From a phage, in assembly GCA_024790105.1 (NCBI GenBank), contig GCA_024790105.1_3053.1: a DNA stretch of 64,000 nucleotides. One strand, written 5' to 3'. The notes beneath the pieces are model-generated. The model did no database searches. It saw only the letters and a list, made by a program, of their open reading frames with translations, and was not told where the DNA came from. This document shows positions 10,947 through 21,900 of this stretch, piece by piece (position 1 is the first letter of the stretch; every line of letters starts with the position of its first letter). The position numbers and the translations under genes were made by a program.

Positions 10947-11962
10947 CATTATGTTCAGATAAGGTCGTTAATCTTACCCCGGAATTATATCCAGCTGCAT
11001 GTCACCATGCAGATCAGACTATATCTCCAACTTGTTAAAGCAAGTTGTCTATCGTTTCGAGCCACTTGACCCTACTCCCCAAAGGGATAGTCGTTAGGCA
11101 TTTATGTAGAACCAATTCCATTTATCAGATTTTACACGATAAGTAACTAATCCAGACGAAATTTTAAAATGTCTAGCTGCATCTGCTGCACAATCAAAAA
11201 TAACCCCATCACATGAAATCTTTTTAATATTACTAGGCTTTTTACCTTTCATCTTTTCTGATATTTTAGATTTAGTTATGTCTGAATGCTTATGATTAAA
11301 GAATGAATTATTTTCACCTGAACGATTTCTGCATTTACTACAAGTATAAGCAGAAGTTTGTATGCGAACACCGCACTTACAAAACTTATGGGTTTCTGGA
11401 TTCCAACGCCCGTTTTTACTTCCGGGTTTACTGTAAAGAGCTTTCCGACCATCAGGTCCAAGTTTAAGCATCTTAGCTTTAACAGTTTCAGAACGTTTCT
11501 TAATAATTTCTTCTTTTAATGGATGCGTAGAACATGTATCACCAAACGTTGCATCAGCAATATTGTATCCATTAATTTTAGAATTAAGCTCTTTAATCCA
11601 AAAATTTTCTCGTTCAATAATCAAATCTTTCTCATATGGAATTTCTTCCAAAATAGAACATTCAAACACATTACCATGTTTGTTAAAAGACCTCTGAAGC
11701 TTTATAGAAGAATGACATCCTTTTTCTAAATCTTTAAAATGCCTCTTCCATCTCTTTTCAAAATCTTTAGCACTTCCTACATATACTTTATTGTTTAAAG
11801 TATTTTTAATCTGATAAATTCCGCTTTTCATAAATACCTCTTTAAATATAGAAGTATTTATTAAAGGGCAGTCCTACAATTTAGCACGGGATTGTCTACT
11901 AGAGAGGTTCCCCGTTTAGATAGATTACAAGTATAAGTCACCTTATACTCAGGCCTAAATTA
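10947..11962 (-). mobile_element. td group I self-splicing intron (1016 nt)
   Basis: 5' end UAAUUUAGGCCUGAGUAUAAGGUGACUUAUACUUG... and 3' end ...AACAUAAUG recognised as the T4 td intron; exon 1 ends in U, intron ends in G. Confidence 0.9.
11094..11831 (-). CDS. intron-encoded GIY-YIG homing endonuclease I-TevI
   Basis: 245 aa, MKSGIYQIKNTLNNKVYVGSA...; recognised as I-TevI; lies wholly inside the td intron. Confidence 0.9.
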   Translation of the reverse strand: MKSGIYQIKNTLNNKVYVGSAKDFEKRWKRHFKDLEKGCHSSIKLQRSFNKHGNVFECSILEEIPYEKDLIIERENFWIKELNSKINGYNIADATFGDTCSTHPLKEEIIKKRSETVKAKMLKLGPDGRKALYSKPGSKNGRWNPETHKFCKCGVRIQTSAYTCSKCRNRSGENNSFFNHKHSDITKSKISEKMKGKKPSNIKKISCDGVIFDCAADAARHFKISSGLVTYRVKSDKWNWFYINA

Positions 11963-12511
11963 ACCTAAGAAAACATCTACACTGCGTTGGTACCATTGTA
12001 AATCAAGATGTCCATTACGCACATTGAACTGATAGAACATGTGGCAAGGAGGAAGAGCCATTTGATTGATTTCAGCTGGATTCCACGCCGACACAATTTG
12101 ACGCCTATCACTTGGTAGTTTTTTAATACGATCAATAACTTCTACAATTTGGTCTACACCGCCAAAATCACGCCATTGTTTTCCATAAATTGGACCAAGT
12201 TCACCACTATGATATCCTAGGTCTTTAGCCTGGTTTTCATAGTTATCGTCCCAAATAGTTTTACCTTGAATAAGACTACCATGAGTGCGAAGACGTAAAT
12301 CATTAACATTGGTAGAACCGGAAATAAACCATAGAAGCTCAGCAATGCAAGCTTTCCAGGCGAGCTTTTTGGTTGTTACCGCAGGAAAACCTTTGGTTAA
12401 ATCCCAACGCAATTTAGTACCGAACAAAGCAATTGTTCCTGTGCCCGTTCGGTCATCGGTTTCGTAGCCATTTTCAAAAATGTCTTTAATTAAATCTTGG
12501 TATTGTTTCAT
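11963..12511 (-). CDS. td: thymidylate synthase, exon 1
   Basis: MKQYQDLIKDIFENGY...QRSVDVFLG; conserved TS N-terminal region with active-site PPCH. Confidence 0.9.
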
Positions 12512-12555
12512 TTAGTACCTTATATAAATTATAATACATTTTATGAAGCTAATAA

Positions 12556-13752
<1,197 letters not shown>

Positions 13753-13762
13753 ATTATTTTCC

Positions 13763-14062
13763 TTAAACAGACTTTTTCACAATTTTCCAATCAGCTTTAA
13801 ACTGTTCAACGTCAGAATGGTAAATCCAGAATCCTGCGCTTTCTCCGTCTTCATAAAGAGGACATCCATCGCATTCATCTTCCCATCCCATATCACGTAA
13901 AAGGTGTTCAGCTTTTTCAACAAGCTCAGAATCTTTACCGATGATATTAAAATACCATTTACCTCTAACTTCTGAATCTTTGATGCTCTGACGTTGTAAT
14001 CTCATTTTATTCTCCTTAGTTGATAAGGCTATAGTATCACTACCATAGCCTGTTGTAAACAA
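13763..14062 (-). CDS. hypothetical protein
   Basis: 99-aa ORF, tightly packed. Confidence 0.4.
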   Translation of the reverse strand: MFTTGYGSDTIALSTKENKMRLQRQSIKDSEVRGKWYFNIIGKDSELVEKAEHLLRDMGWEDECDGCPLYEDGESAGFWIYHSDVEQFKADWKIVKKSV

Positions 14063-14365
14063 TTATTTTTGAATTTTATCGAGCCACTTACCAAGCTTAA
14101 TCATTTCTTTAGTAGCCTTTTCCATACTTCTGAACTTAACCAATAGAGGATAGGTATCGACACCCATAACTAAATTGGTTACAAGACTGTGTTCACCCAC
14201 AAGCCATAACGAATACGTTTGAATATCGAGCCCGTAATTTCTGTCTTTATGGACCCGTACACCCATCACTTCAAATTTCTCACTAGCTTTTTCTACCGCA
14301 TCCAGGAAATCATCTTTAGTCATATTAGGCCTTAAAAGTTTTTCGCAAAAGTTCAATGATTTCAT
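14063..14365 (-). CDS. hypothetical protein
   Basis: 100-aa ORF. Confidence 0.4.
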   Translation of the reverse strand: MKSLNFCEKLLRPNMTKDDFLDAVEKASEKFEVMGVRVHKDRNYGLDIQTYSLWLVGEHSLVTNLVMGVDTYPLLVKFRSMEKATKEMIKLGKWLDKIQK

Positions 14366-14711
14366 CTACATTGTTTTCATCTACAATGCAGTGAATTTTT
14401 GTTACGCCAGAAACTATACCTTCATTAGCGGATTGAGGCTTTTCTAAAGTTACCTCAGTAAAGTATTTGAATTCTTCAGAGTAAATCTCAAAATACGTCT
14501 CAAGTGGGCCACCCGCCATGTATTCAGTGCCATCTTCCATAGTTACACGTACCACACAGTCACCAGCACAATCATCACTTTCCATTTCATCTACAACAAA
14601 ACTAGGTCCGTGCTTCTCTATTAAATTTAGCATCATTACATTGCAACGGCACTCGTTAGCAAAGTCATTTTTAAATAAAGGGTTAATGATATAAGTTTTT
14701 CCAACTTCCAC
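14325..14711 (-). CDS. hypothetical protein
   Basis: 128-aa ORF with CxC and DDCAGDC cysteine clusters. Confidence 0.4.
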   Translation of the reverse strand: MEVGKTYIINPLFKNDFANECRCNVMMLNLIEKHGPSFVVDEMESDDCAGDCVVRVTMEDGTEYMAGGPLETYFEIYSEEFKYFTEVTLEKPQSANEGIVSGVTKIHCIVDENNVDEIIELLRKTFKA

Positions 14712-14757
14712 TTTGATTTCCTCATTTTAACGGGGCTATCAAATAGCCCCTTGATAA

Positions 14758-14985
14758 TTATTGTTCAATCAGTCCCATGTAAAATTCTGCGTCTTCAGAA
14801 CCCATGTCATCACAATATTCATTAGCCATAAAGAGGGTGAGGTCTTCAAGAGGACCTTTAATAACGATTTGAATACTCCAAAACTTAGAATCTTGCACGC
14901 TTGTGATACTAAGTTCAGGATAACGATTACGAATAGTCTCTTCAATATATTCAAAATCAACGATGTCAATATCAACTTTAGCCAT
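14758..14985 (-). CDS. hypothetical protein
   Basis: 75 aa from MAKVDIDIV with strong RBS AAGAGGAAA; the longer ORF start at 15048 would lie upstream of the promoter. Confidence 0.4.
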   Translation of the reverse strand: MAKVDIDIVDFEYIEETIRNRYPELSITSVQDSKFWSIQIVIKGPLEDLTLFMANEYCDDMGSEDAEFYMGLIEQ

Positions 14986-15028
14986 ATTATTTTCCTCTTT
15001 AATCATCAGCAGTATTGCCGATAGTTGT

Positions 15029-15057
15029 ATAGTACCATGGAAGGACAAGGATGTAAA
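15029..15057 (-). promoter_or_regulatory. early sigma70-type promoter (-35 TTTACA, -10 TACTAT)
   Basis: minus-strand GTTTACA at 15052-15058, 17-nt spacer, TACTAT at 15029-15034; A/T-rich upstream block. Confidence 0.55.
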
Positions 15058-15080
15058 CCGTTTTGTGAAAAAATTTTTGA

Positions 15081-15108
15081 AATAAAAAAGGGGACCTCTA
15101 GGGTCCCC
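15081..15108 (-). terminator. rho-independent terminator downstream of gene 32
   Basis: minus-strand GC-rich hairpin GGGGACCCUAGAGGUCCCC followed by UUUUUUAUU. Confidence 0.6.
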
Positions 15109-15130
15109 AATTAATTAGTAATATAATTTA

Positions 15131-16036
15131 TTAAAGGTCATTCAAAAGGTCATCCAGGTCCGTGTCATCAGCACTAGATGAACTGCCAGAGCTTGAGCTC
15201 ATAAAATCATCTTCAGTTTTTGTATTGAAGTCATCAACATTGAATGCATCCAAATCATCAGCAACTTTATCAGCTTTCTTAGCGGCAGTTGCTGCGGCAC
15301 CGCCCATCACAGCAGTTCCCATAACTTGACCGAATTTAGTGCTCAGTTCTTCAAACGATTTGAATTTATCTTTAGAAGTCATTTCAGAAAGGTCAACCAT
15401 TTGTTCGAACAGTTCTTTCTGGAAAGATTCATCGTCAATGTTTGGAATCGCAGATTGATTCAGGAATTTAGATTCGTCGTAGTTACTAAATCCAGAAACC
15501 TGTTTAACTTTCAGTACAAAGTTAGCACCTTCCCACGGACAAGTTACATCAACCGGAGTTTCACCCATTTCAACATCAACCGCAATCATTGCATTGATTT
15601 TATCCCAGATTTTCTTACCGAAACGGTATTTAAATACTTTACCTTCATTTTCTGGAGCAGCTGGGTCTTTTACAACAAGAATGTTAGCCCAGTAAGAAGT
15701 TTTACGTTTAACAAGACTGTACTCTTTATTATCAGTGTTGTACAAATCATTTTTACTGATGTACTGACATACTGGGCAAGAATCGTAATCACCGTGGGTA
15801 GATGAACACGTTTCAATATACCATTTGCCATTTTTCTTGAAACCATGATTTACAAGAATTGCAAATGGTGCTTGTTCATCATTTTTAGACGGAAGAAAAC
15901 GAATTACTGCTTGACCGTTACCCGCATTATCGAGTTTCAGTTTCCACTCGCCTTTATCTTCAGAAGAAAAACCTTTATTGCCATTCAGTTTAGCCATTTG
16001 TGCAGCAAGTTCAGCAGTAGATTTACGTTTAAACAT
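15131..16036 (-). CDS. 32: single-stranded DNA-binding protein gp32
   Basis: 301 aa; [17 protein letters not shown]...; zinc-binding Cys/His cluster; acidic Ser-rich C-terminal tail; recognised as T4 gp32. Confidence 0.95.
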
Positions 16037-16085
16037 TTTATTTCCTTTTTAATTTAATTAACAGTTGGTGCTATGACACTTTACC

Positions 16086-16718
16086 TCATAGCTGGCATAA
16101 TTTGCAATACTCTGGGTCTTCGAGAGGTATCCAACCTGAGTTGAAATACTTTACCATCGATTTAGCAGTTGTATCAGTTATATTTATATTACCTTTAACT
16201 CTTCGCCATCCAGGAGTTTTACCGTACAGATTAGAAGATAATAATAACACATAATTCTCGTAAGCAATATGAGATAATTTCCAAGACTCTATATTAGCTC
16301 GTGATGTTTTCCAAGGTCTAAAATCGTCACGGTTCATATAATTAGCCAATCTCATATGCTCTCTAACTTCCGGGTCTTTGGCTGGATGAGTTTCACCACT
16401 CACACCAAATCCACCACCAGCATATACCAAATTAAAATAGTCTGGATTATCTCTGGCATTTACTTCAAGTTGGTATTTTCGTTCTGCTTCAATAACATCT
16501 AAGTCATCATCAATTTGAATTATTTTAACGCTCGGTTTTTGAAGCATTAGCGCATTCAAAAATCTTTTTTGTTTACATGAGCTCCAGTATTCCTTTCCGG
16601 AAGAGTCATATATTATTCCGTTCTCAAATGAGCAATTTAATTTACTACCGATATAGTAGTATGGTGGAGTCTTATTTTTGACACGGTCTTCAAATGTAAA
16701 CCAATATACTATATTCAT
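16086..16718 (-). CDS. probable GIY-YIG-type endonuclease (SegG-like, between genes 32 and 59)
   Basis: 210 aa; N-terminal YYYIGSKLN...GIIYDSSG resembling the Seg GIY-YIG motif; position matches T4 segG as recalled. Confidence 0.5.
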   Translation of the reverse strand: MNIVYWFTFEDRVKNKTPPYYYIGSKLNCSFENGIIYDSSGKEYWSSCKQKRFLNALMLQKPSVKIIQIDDDLDVIEAERKYQLEVNARDNPDYFNLVYAGGGFGVSGETHPAKDPEVREHMRLANYMNRDDFRPWKTSRANIESWKLSHIAYENYVLLLSSNLYGKTPGWRRVKGNINITDTTAKSMVKYFNSGWIPLEDPEYCKLCQL

Positions 16719-16719
16719 A

Positions 16720-17373
16720 TCAATACTTACAAGATTTCACAGTTTCAATAAAAACTTTTTTAGCTTCCTGTGAATCAATATTTAAAATTTTTCTATAAGC
16801 TTTTAACTTTATAGAATAATTATTCCAGACTAAATTATCAGTCTGTTCATCATGTTTATCGATTATATTTAAAAATGAATCAAGCAAGATAAACGTCTCA
16901 AACGAAATTATATTCGATTGAAGTAGTTTAAAAATATAACTTGATTGAACTTTTGGATTATACTCAAAGATTTCTTTAAAAGCAGAAACTTCAACTTTTT
17001 TACTAAAATAATAAATGTTGCGAATATCTTCTTCAAACTTAAACTTAATTTGCTTTAAGCGTCCGATATATTCACGATAAAACACAAGTGCATCAGCGTC
17101 AGAGATGTCACCAATCCAAGCATCTTGGTTAGCAACAAGATTGCTTATAAAGATTAAAGCAAGTTCCTTTAATTTATATTTTTCTGATAACTTCTGGAAA
17201 AAATACTTATCCCTTCGCTTTTGATAAGCGGCATCAGACACCCGCATGCACCAATTATACTTAATTACATCATACTTTCCATTCATGTGTTGTTTTATCA
17301 TTAAGTATAATTTATAAACTGATTTACCATCAATGTATCTTTCACCACCAGCAGGCATGCGGAGTTTAATCAT
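16720..17373 (-). CDS. 59: helicase loader gp59
   Basis: 217 aa, matches remembered gp59 length and sequence. Confidence 0.9.
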   Translation of the reverse strand: MIKLRMPAGGERYIDGKSVYKLYLMIKQHMNGKYDVIKYNWCMRVSDAAYQKRRDKYFFQKLSEKYKLKELALIFISNLVANQDAWIGDISDADALVFYREYIGRLKQIKFKFEEDIRNIYYFSKKVEVSAFKEIFEYNPKVQSSYIFKLLQSNIISFETFILLDSFLNIIDKHDEQTDNLVWNNYSIKLKAYRKILNIDSQEAKKVFIETVKSCKY

Positions 17374-17708
17374 AGTAGAAAATCTAATGTATTAGTTTTT
17401 TCACAACGAACAACAGAAGGACGTAAAAGATTTTCGTCAATAGCTTCTGACTGAATTTTTTCAATTATACCCGAAGGAATAAATTTAGCAAATTGAGTTT
17501 CAGGAATAGAATTTTCTTCCAAGAATGCTGTCGTAGCTTCAAGATAACTCATTCCAAACTCTTCTACCATTTTTTCAATAATAAATCCATTTTCTTGACG
17601 ATCAAGAAGCTTTGCTATTTCATCCTTTTCTTTCTTAATTGAAAGTTCTTTTTCTGAAAGACCGGTCTCATCGACCGGACGAATATCATTTAGAGAAAAC
17701 TGTGTCAT
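17370..17708 (-). CDS. 33: late transcription co-activator gp33
   Basis: 112 aa from MTQFSLNDIRP; position between 59 and dsbA. Confidence 0.85.
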   Translation of the reverse strand: MTQFSLNDIRPVDETGLSEKELSIKKEKDEIAKLLDRQENGFIIEKMVEEFGMSYLEATTAFLEENSIPETQFAKFIPSGIIEKIQSEAIDENLLRPSVVRCEKTNTLDFLL

Positions 17709-17955
17709 AAAGTTCAACTACCTCTTCAGTTTCAGCTTCAAACACATCACGATTATCTTTATGATACAAAGCTAATAGACGATTAAACATCTTACCATCA
17801 ACGCCAAGTTCATCTTTAGCACGAATTCGAATATCTTTAATCAGTTCATTATAACCGGAAATTTTCAGTTTATGATCAGATGCTTCTTTAATAAATTTAG
17901 CCAAGTCTTCGCCATGGATAGCTTCATCAAATTCAACCATTTCTTTTTTAGCCAT
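17686..17955 (-). CDS. dsbA: double-stranded DNA-binding protein DsbA
   Basis: 89 aa; position and length match T4 dsbA. Confidence 0.8.
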   Translation of the reverse strand: MAKKEMVEFDEAIHGEDLAKFIKEASDHKLKISGYNELIKDIRIRAKDELGVDGKMFNRLLALYHKDNRDVFEAETEEVVELYDTVFSK

Positions 17956-17963
17956 TATTCACC

Positions 17964-18881
17964 TCAAAATTCATTAATGCTATTAGTTAATTTAGAAAGA
18001 CCCGCTTTTACAAAATATGAATAAATTTTGCCACGCGGTGGTAATTTATATGAATTATAGTAATTCACAATGTTTGAAGCAATATTATCAGGAATATAAT
18101 CAAAATCAATTAGAACTAAATTTTCTTTATACCGATTATATTCAGATTCTGTGAGAAGCACCTTAGCTTGCTCACGGTCATTAGCAATAGCTTCAACGAT
18201 TGAAGTTTTCATTGAAGGAGTTCGTTCACCTTCAACTTTGGTAAACCAAAAGTCAGATCGTACTTTAACTGAAGCAACGTTATCCTTTTTATCGCCTTTA
18301 AGGATTTTAGTCATGCAATCAATTTCAGCAGAACCGCTTTTAATTTTAACCCATTTCTTGTGCATCGGTGACCATTGCTTAACATTTGGGTATTTGTGAA
18401 GTTGAGTAAAGTCACCATCCGATGAAATGATTAAAATCTTGTGTCCTTCTAAAGAGAACTTTTTAACAAGAACAGCAATGTGGTCATCTGCTTCATACTT
18501 ATCGATATCCATAACAATGTATGGCATATAAGCTTTCAATTCATCTATAACTTTATGGCTGGATTCAAAATAACCTTCCCAGTCCCAAGTAGATTCTTCT
18601 CGTGCTTTTCCACGGTTTTTCTTATAATAATACGCGAAATCACGACGCCAATATCCAGATTTCGCATTATCAATACACAGTACAATTTTAGTGTATCCAA
18701 GAGTTTTTGCTTTTTTGACATTAAACTTAATTGAGTTCAATATCAAATGACGAACCATTGATAAATTAATTTTTTCTTTATCTGGGAAGTTTACTAGAGC
18801 AGTCGAAAGCGCAATTTGACTAAAGTCAATTAAGCAAATTCCTTCTTTGTAATCTTCATCCAGCATCATTTCTAAATCCAT
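17964..18881 (-). CDS. rnh: RNase H (5'-3' exonuclease, FEN family)
   Basis: 305 aa from MDLEMMLDEDYKEGICLIDF; acidic active-site residues; recognised as T4 RNase H. Confidence 0.9.
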   Translation of the reverse strand: MDLEMMLDEDYKEGICLIDFSQIALSTALVNFPDKEKINLSMVRHLILNSIKFNVKKAKTLGYTKIVLCIDNAKSGYWRRDFAYYYKKNRGKAREESTWDWEGYFESSHKVIDELKAYMPYIVMDIDKYEADDHIAVLVKKFSLEGHKILIISSDGDFTQLHKYPNVKQWSPMHKKWVKIKSGSAEIDCMTKILKGDKKDNVASVKVRSDFWFTKVEGERTPSMKTSIVEAIANDREQAKVLLTESEYNRYKENLVLIDFDYIPDNIASNIVNYYNSYKLPPRGKIYSYFVKAGLSKLTNSINEF

Positions 18882-18944
18882 ATGAACCTCGTTCAATTAG
18901 TGAGATTTCTATTATATACCATCCAAATCTTAAAGTAAACAAGT

Positions 18945-18952
18945 ATAAATAC
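18945..18952 (+). promoter_or_regulatory. T4-type late promoter TATAAATA for gene 34
   Basis: exact TATAAATA 34 nt upstream of the gene 34 ATG. Confidence 0.7.
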
Positions 18953-18985
18953 TTATTATTGAAAACACAATAGGAGCCCGGGAGA

Positions 18986-21900
18986 ATGGCCGAGATTAAA
19001 AGAAAGTTCAGAGCAGAAGATGGTCTGGACGCAGGTGGCGATAAAATAATCAACGTAGCTTTAGCTGATCGTACCGTAGGAACTGACGGTGTTAACGTTG
19101 ATTACTTAATTCAAGAAAACACAGTTCAACAATATGATCCAACTCGTGGATATTTAAAAGATTTTGTAATCATTTATGATAACCGCTTTTGGGCTGCTAT
19201 AAATGATATTCCAAAACCAGCAGGAGCTTTTAATAGCGTACGCTGGAGAGCATTACGTACTGATGCTAATTGGACAACTGTTTCATCAGGACCTTATCAA
19301 TTAAAGTCAGGCGAATCAATTTCAGTTGATACTGCAGCCGGTAATGACATTACATTTACTTTACCATCTACCCCAATTGACGGTGATACTATCGTTCTCC
19401 AAGATATTGGAGGAAAACCTGGAGTTAATCAAGTTTTAATTACAGCTCCGGTACAAAGCATTGTAAATTTTAGAGGTCAGCAAGTACGTTCAGTACTAAT
19501 GACTCATCCAAAATCACAGATAGTTTTAATTTTTAGTAATCGTCTGTGGCAAATGTATGTCGCTGATTATAGTAGAGAAGCTGTAGTTGTAACGCCTGCG
19601 AGTCTCTATCAGGCGCAATCTAACGATTTTATCGTGCGTAGATTTACTTCCGCTGCGCCTATTAATATTAAACTTCCGAGATTTGCTAATCATGGCGATA
19701 TTATTAATTTCGTTGATTTAGATAAATTAAATCCACTTTATCATACAATTGTCACGACATATGATGAAACAACTTCAGTACAAGAAGTTGGAACTCATTC
19801 CATTGAAGGTCGTACATTGATTGACGGTTTCTTGATGTTTGATGATAATGAGAAATTGTGGAGATTGTTTGACGGGGATAGTAAAGCACGTTTACGCATT
19901 ATAACAACTAATTCTAATATTCGTCCAAATGAAGAAGTTATGGTATTTGGTGCGAATAACGGAACAGCCCAAACAATTGAACTTCAGCTTCCAACCGATA
20001 TTTCCGTTGGTGATACTGTTAAAATTTCCATGAATTACATGAGAAAAGGACAAACGATTAAAATCAAAGCTGCAGGTGAAGATAAAATTGCTTCTTCAGT
20101 TCAATTACTGCAATTCCCAAAACGCTCAGAATATCCGCCTGAAGCTGAGTGGGTTACAGTTCAAGAATTAGTTTTTAACGGTGAAACTAATTATGTTCCA
20201 GTTTTGGAGCTTGCTTATATAGAAGATTCTGATGGAAAATACTGGGTTGTACAACAAAACGTTCCAACAGTTGAAAGAGTTGATTCTTTAAATGATTCTA
20301 CTAGAGCAAGATTAGGCGTAATTGCTTTAGCTACACAAGCTCAAGCTAACGTCGATTTAGAAAATTCTCCACAAAAAGAATTAGCAATTACTCCAGAAAC
20401 ATTAGCTAACCGTACTGCTACTGAAACTCGTAGAGGTATCGCAAGAATAGCAACTACTGCTCAAGTTAACCAGGATACTACATTCTCTTTTGCTGATGAT
20501 ATTATCATCACTCCTAAAAAGCTGAATGAAAGAACAGCTACTGAAACTCGCAGAGGTGTTGCTGAAATTGCTACACAGCAAGAAACTAATGCAGGAACCG
20601 ATGATACTACAATCATCACTCCTAAAAAGCTTCAAGCTCGACAAGGTTCTGAATCATTATCCGGTATTGTAACTTTTGTATCTACTGCAGGTGCTACTCC
20701 AGCTTCTAGCCGTGAATTAAATGGTACGAATGTTTATAATAAAAACACTAATAATTTAGTTGTTTCACCTAAAGCTTTGGATCAGTATAAAGCTACTCCA
20801 ACACAACAAGGTGCAGTAATTTTAGCAGTTGAAAGTGAAGTAATTGCTGGACAGAGTCAAGAAGGATGGGCAAATGCGGTTGTAACACCAGAAACGTTAC
20901 ATAAAAAGACATCAACTGATGGAAGAATTGGTTTAATTGAAATTGCTACGCAAAGTGAAGTTAATACAGGAACTGATTATACTCGTGCAGTCACTCCTAA
21001 AACTTTAAATGACCGTAGAGCAACTGAAAGTTTAAGTGGTATAGCTGAAATTGCTACGCAAGTCGAATTCGACGCAGGCGTCGACGATACTCGTATCTCT
21101 ACACCATTAAAAATTAAAACCAGATTTAATAGTACTGATCGTACTTCTGTTGTTGCTCTATCTGGATTAGTTGAATCAGGAACTCTCTGGGACCATTATA
21201 CCCTTAATATTCTTGAAGCAAATGAGACACAGCGTGGTACACTTCGTGTAGCTACACAAGTTGAAGCTGCTGCAGGAACATTAGATAATGTTTTAATAAC
21301 TCCTAAAAAGCTTTTAGGTACTAAATCTACTGAAGCGCAAGAAGGTGTTATTAAAGTTGCAACTCAGTCTGAAACTGTGACTGGAACGTCAACAAATACT
21401 GCTGTATCTCCAAAAAATTTAAAATGGATTGTGCAGAGTGAACCTACTTGGGCAGCAACTACTCTGATAAGAGGTTTTGTTAAAACTTCATCTGGTTCAA
21501 TTACATTCGTTGGTAATGATACGGTAGGTTCAACACAGCCATTAGAATCATATGAGAAAAATAGCTATGCAGTATCACCATATGAATTAAACCGTGTATT
21601 AGCAAATTATTTACCGTTAAAAGCAAAAGCTGCTGATACAAATTTATTGGATGGTCTAGATTCATCTCAGTTCATTCGTAGGGACATTGCGCAGACAGTT
21701 AATGGTTCACTAACCTTAACCCAACAAACGAATCTGAGTGCCCCTCTTGTATCATCTAGTACTGCTACGTTTGGTGGTTCAGTTACAGCAAATAGTGTAC
21801 TAACTATTTCTAATACTGGAACAGAAACTCATCTGATTTTTGAGAAAGGACCTCAAACTGGAACTAACCAAGCACAGACTGTGACTATTAGAGTGTGGGG

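Noticed and set aside
14986-15048. Longer 96-aa version of the ORF ending at 14758
   Set aside because: Its ATG lies upstream of the early promoter at 15029-15057, while the internal ATG at 14985 has a strong RBS.
15326-15805. 159-aa plus-strand ORF inside gene 32
   Set aside because: Antisense to a certain gene; Phe/Asn-rich composition typical of AT-rich shadow frames.
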